Of a stretch of DNA of 64,000 bases, positions 58,801 through 64,000 are shown piece after piece (positions within the stretch are counted from its first letter, which is position 1; each line of letters begins with the position of its first letter). The DNA lies in NCBI GenBank assembly GCA_027366035.1, contig DAHXLK010000017.1, positions 8,137 through 72,136 of the forward strand. Direction: 5' to 3'. Below the pieces are notes generated by a model. It saw only the letters and a list, made by a program, of their open reading frames with translations. It had not been told where the DNA came from and ran no database searches. Position numbers and translations under genes: made by a program. This DNA comes from Chlamydiota bacterium. GTDB taxonomy: Bacteria > Chlamydiota > Chlamydiia > Chlamydiales > SM23-39.

Positions 58801-60033
58801 GAAAATAGGACATTAGAAGAGTATAAAAAACTTCTCAATATGAAATCGATCGAACCGCTACAAACTTTTAACCTCGAACTAGGTACAAAGATTTTTCTCT
58901 CAGACGGAGCTAAAGTTTCTAAGGGGCAGAAATTGGGAGAATGGGAGCAGCACTCTAGTCCTATCATTTGCGAACGTCCCGGTTATGTCAGATATGATGA
59001 CCTTGTCGAAGGGATCTCTACTCAAAAAGAGATCAATAAGCAGACAGGGCAGGTCGAATTGATTGTCAAACAACACCGAGGAGAGCTCCATCCTCAAATT
59101 GCTATCTATGCCGACTCCCATTATTCGGAGTTGATCGGTACCTACGCGATCCCTTCCGGAGCATCGATTTCAGTGAAGGAGGGACAGCATGTGAAAGTAG
59201 GTATGATCCTTGCCAAACTTTCTAGAGGAGCTATTAAGACAAGAGATATTACCGGAGGTCTTCCCCGTGTCGCCGAGCTTTTCGAAGCTAGGCGACCTAA
59301 AGAGGCTGCTGAAATTGCTAAAATCGACGGTATTGTCGATTTCAAAGGGGTCCAAAAGAACAAGAGGATTTTAGTGGTTAAAGATGAGGTTTCCGGAATG
59401 GAAGAAGAACACCTCATCCCACTTACAAAACATTTGATCATTCAGCGTGGCGATCATGTCGTCAAAGGGCAGCAGCTCACCGAGGGGCTTATCGTCCCGC
59501 AGGAGATTCTCGAAGTCTGCGGCGTTCGCGAATTACAGAAATATATGGTCAACCAGGTTCAAGAAGTCTATCGTCTCCAAGGTGTTGACATCAACGATAA
59601 ACACATCGAAATTATCGTCCGTCAGATGTTGCAGAAGGTGAAGGTTATTGACCCCGGTGACACCACTTTTCTCTATGGGGAAAATGTCGATAAGAAACGG
59701 TTTCATCAATTGAATACTAAGACATTAGGAGAAGGAGGCAAGCCTGCCCAGGCAGCGCCTGTCCTATTAGGTATCACTAAAGCTTCTTTGGGTACCGAGT
59801 CGTTTGTCTCTGCGGCCTCTTTTCAAGAGACAACCCGTGTCCTTACCGATGCGGCTAGTGAAGGAAAGACCGATTATCTCCTTGATTTTAAGGCCAACCT
59901 TATTATGGGGCATATGATTCCCGGTGGTACTGGCTATGAATACCATAAGAAGGTGAAGAAGTTTGTCGACCGTGAGCTGGAAGAAGAGCTCATCTTTGAT
60001 TTTGGCGAAAAGCATGAGGAATCCTTAGTTTAA
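55855..60033 (+). CDS. rpoC: DNA-directed RNA polymerase subunit beta'
   Basis: 1392-aa ORF. Zinc motif CACGKYKK...CDRCGVEV. Catalytic NADFDGDQM. Confidence 0.99.
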   Translation: MFDEDFKGSQFDKLTIKIASEDVIRTGWSRGEIKKPETINYRTFKPEKGGLFCEKIFGPTRDWECACGKYKKIKHKGIVCDRCGVEVTLSKVRRERMAHIDLAVPVVHIWFFKTMPSRIGNILGLSTSDLERVIYYEEFIVTDPGRTDLTKKQLLNDNEFREAQDKWGTDSFTVKMGGEAIAELLKTEDLSLLILDLKEKLKKTKSMQARVKLAKRLKIIEGFQSSPNKSDWMVLSCVPVIPPDLRPLVPLDGGRFATSDLNDLYRRVINRNNRLKSILKLKTPDVIIRNEKRMLQEAVDALFDNGRHGHPVMGAGNRPLKALSEMLKGKQGRFRQNLLGKRVDYSGRSVIVVGPELRFNQCGLPKQMALELFEPFIVKRLKDLNYVYTIRSAKKMIQKQSTEVWDVLEEIIKGHPVLLNRAPTLHRLGIQAFEPVLIEGKAIRIHPLVTPAFNADFDGDQMAVHVPLSIEAQLETKLLMMAPDNIFLPSSGKPVAVPSQDMILGLYYLMHDPIVIAEEHGRKTKIFSSPAEVLVAMDASGSYNWFNGKDNLTRRDDLGFGIHIHEKIKVLIDGGIIETTPGRVLFNTIVPKELGFQNYALRKKRLSELVLECNKKVGLEATVQFLDNMKALGFAKATKAALSMGVCDVRIPANKQKIIDEANKRVAKVKKQYDDGIITEKERKSKIISIWTEVTDYLSEELFKLLKEVSADGLNPLYLMMDSGARGNRSQVQQLGALRGLMAKPSREIIESPITANFREGLTVLEYWISTHGARKGLADTALKTADSGYLTRRLVDVSQDVIITEEDCGTLNGIEVSAIKQGQEELLPLKDRIFGRATCDPIFLPGDSTKQLAKTNEVLTMLQSEAIDDAGIETIRIRSVLTCESRRGACAKCYGLNLATGNLVGFGEAVGIIAAQSIGEPGTQLTMRTFHSGGIASTLLSPELLSDFDGILVYIDLRTVQDEEGHWLALNKNGSIHIVRDENRTLEEYKKLLNMKSIEPLQTFNLELGTKIFLSDGAKVSKGQKLGEWEQHSSPIICERPGYVRYDDLVEGISTQKEINKQTGQVELIVKQHRGELHPQIAIYADSHYSELIGTYAIPSGASISVKEGQHVKVGMILAKLSRGAIKTRDITGGLPRVAELFEARRPKEAAEIAKIDGIVDFKGVQKNKRILVVKDEVSGMEEEHLIPLTKHLIIQRGDHVVKGQQLTEGLIVPQEILEVCGVRELQKYMVNQVQEVYRLQGVDINDKHIEIIVRQMLQKVKVIDPGDTTFLYGENVDKKRFHQLNTKTLGEGGKPAQAAPVLLGITKASLGTESFVSAASFQETTRVLTDAASEGKTDYLLDFKANLIMGHMIPGGTGYEYHKKVKKFVDRELEEELIFDFGEKHEESLV

Positions 60034-60198
60034 GGGATTGTTGAAATCTCCGCTTTGCCGTTAAAATTTGAGTCTTGCAAAGCCGGTTTAATTTTTTTGA
60101 AAGTGACATATCCTACTAAGGTATAGGCTCTTTTAAAAAGATCAAATCCGAGGAAGCAAGAGTAAAATTTTAATCAAACGGAAGATCGAAACAATCTT
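60034..60198 (+). repeat. Family-A element, copy A6 (termini slightly decayed)
   Basis: gggattgttgaaatctccgctttgccgttaaaatttgagtcttgc...ggaagatcgaaacaatctt. Starts at the nucleotide after the rpoC TAA. Confidence 0.88.
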
Positions 60199-60260
60199 AG
60201 TATAGCTATTTTCCAAAAAATCAAATCTGGTGAAACTTGGATCTCACAAGGAATCCTGTT

Positions 60261-60293
60261 AAAAAAAAGGACTCTGTAGATACAAAGTCCTTT
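60261..60293 (-). terminator. Rho-independent terminator downstream of the small basic ORF
   Basis: The minus strand reads aaaggact-ttgtatctacag-agtccttt followed by ttttt (8-bp perfect stem, 12-nt loop, T-run). It lies about 27 nt after the ORF stop. Confidence 0.7.
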
Positions 60294-60319
60294 AACATAA
60301 TAATTTCCAAAAAAAGAAA

Positions 60320-60424
60320 TTAGCAAATGCAAGACTTGGATCGTTTCCTAGATTTTCGAGTAGTTTTTCTTGCCGTTTTCCTTTTGACGGAACGTCTTTT
60401 TCCTTTTCCTTTTTTTTTAGCCAT
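60320..60424 (-). CDS. Unannotated 34-aa extremely basic peptide MAKKKGKGKRRSVKRKTARKTTRKSRKRSKSCIC
   Basis: Hand translation. ATG at 60424 is preceded by AAGGAGG (60430-60436) with a 5-nt spacer. TAA at 60320-60322. A terminator follows. 18 of 34 residues are K/R. Missed by the 60-aa ORF cut-off. Confidence 0.6.
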   Translation of the reverse strand: MAKKKGKGKRRSVKRKTARKTTRKSRKRSKSCIC

Positions 60425-60591
60425 AGGTTCCTCCTTTTAACATGAATTATTGGCTCTAATTTAACCAATAATGATGATGTCATTTTAATGCAACAAATTC
60501 ATAAAAATTTTTTTCTGTTTTATTAGAAATAGGTATTTATAAAAGGCTTAAAAATTAAGGGTAACCAAAAACTCTGTGTGCTTTTCATACA

Positions 60592-60758
60592 GGGACTGTT
60601 GAAATCTCCGCTTTGCCGTTAAAATTTGGGCCTTGCTTCCCCGGATTTTATCTTTTTAAAAGTGCCTATACCTTAGTAGAGGATATGTCACTTTCAAAAA
60701 AATCAAACCGACTTTGCAAGGCTCAAATTTTAACCAAATGGGAGGTCGAAACAGTCCC
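60592..60758. repeat. Family-A element, copy A7: outer arms in plus orientation, inner core (60637-60715) inverted
   Basis: The outer parts match A1 collinearly (gggactgttgaaatctccgctttgccgttaaaatttgggccttgc ... gcaaggctcaaattttaaccaaatgggaggtcgaaacagtccc). The segment between the 18-nt inner inverted repeats matches the reverse complement of the A1 core. Confidence 0.88.
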
Positions 60759-60788
60759 TTTATACTCGAGAGCGCCATCCGGAGATTT

Positions 60789-62591
60789 TTATGTTTTCGT
60801 CTTTCTTTTGTAATAGGAAAAACTTAAGAAAAAGCAAATGATTGCAACTATCCATACAACAATATTCGGTAGAGTGATCCAAGAATAGCCGGGTTCAGGT
60901 AAAGACCCCATCCGCGGAGATAAAGGCCAAAACAATAGGTTGACTCCACCACGAATGTTTCCTTGAGGGACAAAACCAAAGACGCGGCTATCTGAACTTC
61001 TGGCATGGTTATCCCCTAAAACAAGGTACATATTCTCAGGAACGTACAGACCGTTTTTCTTCAAAAGCTCTACCTGCAGCTTCCCATCCTTAATAGGGGA
61101 GCCAAGGTCGATGAAAGGGGTATCTGTTGCCTTTTCTTTTTGGATAAAGGATTGTAGTTCAGGGTCATTTTCTTGATAAATAGGATGTCCCATAGCATAA
61201 AGATCGTGATCGCGGAAGTAGATGTATCGAGAAGGTCTAGCGATATGGAGGTGAAATTCATTGCCTAAATTATAAAAGAGCTGTAAACGTTCCGGCGTAC
61301 GGAGATAAAGAGGATGATTTTTTGCCAGCTCCTTTGTGATGCTAGACCAGAGAACCTTATAGGCTTTCCCATCTTGAAACTCATAGGTCCCATCAGGGAC
61401 GCCTTCTAGTTTGGGAAGAAACTCTTCCGCTACATCTCGGGAACCATAGAGAGAGGCCCGCCCATTTTTCACGACGAATCTTGCTGTATAAAGGGACAAA
61501 AATAGCCGGTCGATCGCCTTGTCCGACAAGGGTAGGATAGAGGTGGTATAGCTAAGGCCCGGACGGACCCTTCCATATTCATCACGGATAATTTTTACGG
61601 GGTGCATCGAAGGGTGATGGGTAATTTCCAAAAATAGGGGGGCTTTTTCTTGAGAGGTAATCTCTTTCCCGGAAACGATTTTTCCCATCCCATAGTTTTT
61701 AAAACCCCAAAGATCACCATAGGTATTGGGTACTACACTAGCCGATCCGGCTCTCGGTATGGGGAGCATTTCTCCAGAACCTTCCCCAAAAACCGAAGCG
61801 GTTAGTTTAGCGATCGGTTCATTCATTTGGTAGAGAGTCGCAGAGGTAAAAATCCCGTGAGTGGCCATCTGCCCCGTCTTCACCTTCCCATCAAAATGGA
61901 TAAAAGGGATGTGCTCCATTTCATGAAACCATGATCTTTCTTTATATTCGGTAATCTCGTTCCCGTCACGGTCTATCCCATAGAGGAGGCCGCCATAAAA
62001 ATAAAGGAGGTCGCCTGGCTTGGCTATGAGCCTTTTTACAAACTGCTTTTTCCCCGGAATGAGATAAAAATACATCGTATTCACATCAGGGATATCCATA
62101 TCCTCCCCTGTAAATACGACTATCTGTCCTCTTTTTATAAGGTCAGATCCAAAATAAAATTGCGAAGTACTCAGAGGGACATTCAAACCAAAATCAGTTT
62201 TGAAAACGAAGACAAAGTCTTGTTCTTTCAAAGTGGGACGCATAGAACCGGTAGGAATTACATAGGGTTCAAACCATGTCTGCCGAATAAGGATGGCAAT
62301 AGCTAAGGCAAACGATAACCCTAGGATAAACTGAAAGGTCTTCTCTAAAGGGGTTCTCGGAAGAAAGAGGGCCATATCTTTTTCTATTTCGCGGCAAAGT
62401 TCTTCTGCTTTTTTCCGCTCTTTTCCCCCTATCGCCTCTTTTAAAGCTTTTAGCTTTTCTTCAAAATGTCTCCCCTTATCGGTAACTTTCTTCTTTTTTC
62501 GGTAGCGTTTACTAGCTGCATGAAGGATTTTGCGACATTTGTGTAAGGAATACATAATTAAGGATATTAGTATAGCGATTTCTCCTACCAC
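60789..62591 (-). CDS. lepB: Signal peptidase I (long chlamydial-type LepB)
   Basis: 600-aa ORF. Catalytic Ser box IPTGSMRPTL. KRLIAKPGD. C-terminal box LGDNHARSSDSR. N- and C-terminal TM segments. Confidence 0.92.
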   Translation of the reverse strand: MVGEIAILISLIMYSLHKCRKILHAASKRYRKKKKVTDKGRHFEEKLKALKEAIGGKERKKAEELCREIEKDMALFLPRTPLEKTFQFILGLSFALAIAILIRQTWFEPYVIPTGSMRPTLKEQDFVFVFKTDFGLNVPLSTSQFYFGSDLIKRGQIVVFTGEDMDIPDVNTMYFYLIPGKKQFVKRLIAKPGDLLYFYGGLLYGIDRDGNEITEYKERSWFHEMEHIPFIHFDGKVKTGQMATHGIFTSATLYQMNEPIAKLTASVFGEGSGEMLPIPRAGSASVVPNTYGDLWGFKNYGMGKIVSGKEITSQEKAPLFLEITHHPSMHPVKIIRDEYGRVRPGLSYTTSILPLSDKAIDRLFLSLYTARFVVKNGRASLYGSRDVAEEFLPKLEGVPDGTYEFQDGKAYKVLWSSITKELAKNHPLYLRTPERLQLFYNLGNEFHLHIARPSRYIYFRDHDLYAMGHPIYQENDPELQSFIQKEKATDTPFIDLGSPIKDGKLQVELLKKNGLYVPENMYLVLGDNHARSSDSRVFGFVPQGNIRGGVNLLFWPLSPRMGSLPEPGYSWITLPNIVVWIVAIICFFLSFSYYKRKTKT

Positions 62592-62839
62592 GTCAATGTT
62601 GAAAGTTTGTCGATAAGTCGAAAGAAGAGCTCTATTTGTTTTTTTAAATCGCTGAATTGCAAATAGAAAGAGGAACAGAGGAGAAGCGTCTTAAATTATT
62701 AAAAATAAATGAGTTATTTCTGAATTTCCCGTTAGTTGTTATTTTTTTACTTCGATTAATGGCTTATTTTGAAAATTATGTTCATAACTTGTTAAGGAAA
62801 ATATTAAGTTTTTGCAAAAGAGTAAGGGATTCAAGTCGT

Positions 62840-63553
62840 TTATTTGGAAGGCAGGTCCGGGTAAAGCGAGGATAAATTTCTTCCGGAATCGATCACTTTA
62901 GAAACGACAGTATTGCCGGTTCCTAAAACCTGGATCCAAAAAGGAAAGGGATAGTTGTCGGCAAAGTAGAATTCTACCGTCTTACCTGCAAGCTCAGAGC
63001 CGTCTTTTGGCCAATCGACATAATAGACAGAGAATTTAGGGCAAGGGAGGGCTTTCCCCTCGACAACAGCAGGTGGGGACCAAATTGTTCTACGATCGAT
63101 CTCTTCAGTAGGAGGTGGTGGGGGCCCCACTCTTTTCCTCATCTTAGCCGGCTCTTCGGTGAAGGATAGGTGAAAGAGGGAAGAGATAAAATGACTTTGA
63201 TCTCGCATTTCGACCCAAGAAGAGCGGGTATAAGAATAGGCCCTAATGACAGTTGCCTCTTTAATAGCTATTTCATACAGGACCCAAGAGGTATGCCCTT
63301 TAGCCCCTGCAAAAATCCATTGCTGCCATTCATTACGAATCGAAGGGGTAAGGGGGGAAGGGAAAGAGATCTCTTCTAAAAATAGCCGTTCTTTATTGAA
63401 AGAATGGATCCGAATCAAAGAGATGTTTTTGTCCTGTTCGGTGACGATATAATCTCCCGGTGCCACATGCTTTACTCGGTCTTGAAAAAAATTGGCAAAG
63501 ATAAGAGGTGGAAGAAATAAAAGAAATAATAACTTTTTCATTGTAAAATACAA
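62840..63553 (-). CDS. Secreted/periplasmic hypothetical protein
   Basis: 237-aa ORF. Signal-peptide-like MKKLLFLLFLPPLIFANFF. No recognisable domain. Confidence 0.55.
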   Translation of the reverse strand: MYFTMKKLLFLLFLPPLIFANFFQDRVKHVAPGDYIVTEQDKNISLIRIHSFNKERLFLEEISFPSPLTPSIRNEWQQWIFAGAKGHTSWVLYEIAIKEATVIRAYSYTRSSWVEMRDQSHFISSLFHLSFTEEPAKMRKRVGPPPPPTEEIDRRTIWSPPAVVEGKALPCPKFSVYYVDWPKDGSELAGKTVEFYFADNYPFPFWIQVLGTGNTVVSKVIDSGRNLSSLYPDLPSK

Positions 63554-63710
63554 TTACGGGACATACTGTAATCGCGCTTTTGTTTTAGCATGATACAAAT
63601 TGCTAGCAAAAAAGGGTTGCTCCTTTAAAAGGTGGTAGTATTATTCTCCACAAAGTTTAGAACTTAACATTCTCATAATAACCGAGGGTAAAACCTCAAA
63701 AAACTATAAG

Positions 63711-63872
63711 GGGACTGTTTCGATCTTCCATTTGGTTAAAATTTTACCCTTGCTTCCCCGGAGTTGATCTTTTTCAAGCGCCTATACCTTAGTAGGATAT
63801 GTCACTTTCAAAAAAATCAAACCGGCTTTGCTAGGCTCAGATTGTAACCAAATGGGAGATCGAAACAGCCCC
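63711..63872 (-). repeat. Family-A element, copy A8 (core in minus orientation; mosaic subterminal modules)
   Basis: gggactgtttcgatcttccatttggttaaaattttacccttgc...gctaggctcagattgtaaccaaatgggagatcgaaacagcccc. Both subterminal 9-mers are of the ccaaatggg type. Confidence 0.85.
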
Positions 63873-63885
63873 TTTTTAGAGGGAT

Positions 63886-64000
63886 TTATTCTTTTGTCTC
63901 GACATCTTCGACTTCCACCTCCGGTTCCTCTCCTGATTTATTGGGAGTCGGTCCCTCTGCCCCCTTTTTTTGGAGCTCTTCGCCAATCTTCTGGATACTT
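63886..64000 (-). CDS. 3' end of a gene running off the right edge; acidic tail reminiscent of a DnaK C-terminus
   Basis: The minus-strand translation is ...SIQKIGEELQKKGAEGPTPNKSGEEPEVEVEDVETKE*, with stop TAA at 63886-63888. The identification is tentative. Confidence 0.35.
   Translation of the reverse strand, partial: SIQKIGEELQKKGAEGPTPNKSGEEPEVEVEDVETKE

Overview
This is a chromosomal segment from a member of the Chlamydiota, probably an environmental (amoeba-associated) lineage. The genus cannot be determined from the sequence alone.

The backbone is conserved housekeeping and type III secretion DNA:
- malQ, a T3S chaperone, copN, sctV and sctU, then ychF, ribF, truB, rbfA, infB, nusA and rpsA. 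As far as I recall this is the same order as C. trachomatis CT087-CT098.
- A lysC-like gene, nadE, a TrmH-family methyltransferase, htpG, rpe, yvcK-like, efp, accBC, rmlA, a LOG-family gene, surE, a sodium:solute symporter and ttcA.
- Six tRNA genes.
- sufE, infA, tRNA-Thr, tuf, tRNA-Trp, secE, nusG, rplKAJL, rpoBC and lepB.

Four things stand out against this backbone:
1. An integrated element of about 9.3 kb lies at the 3' end of tRNA-Tyr (about 37083-46397). It encodes a large serine recombinase, a primase/TOPRIM/RecA-like ATPase replication protein and a SpoVG-like protein. It also carries a same-strand cassette made of an unknown 475-aa protein, a C5-cytosine methyltransferase, a PD-ExK restriction endonuclease, Vsr and a Cas4-like nuclease. 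Decayed umuD and IS fragments follow it.
2. A dispersed family of about 165-bp long-palindrome MITE-like elements (GGGACTGTT...AACAGTCCC) has 8 full copies and 1 isolated end. The copies sit at gene boundaries. Two keep perfect 5-bp target duplications. One has its inner core inverted relative to its arms.
3. A distantly related second palindromic family fits exactly between the rpe stop and the yvcK-like start.
4. An unannotated 34-aa extremely basic ORF has a consensus Shine-Dalgarno and a terminator. It is bracketed by two of the palindromic elements.

No rRNA genes or CRISPR arrays were seen.
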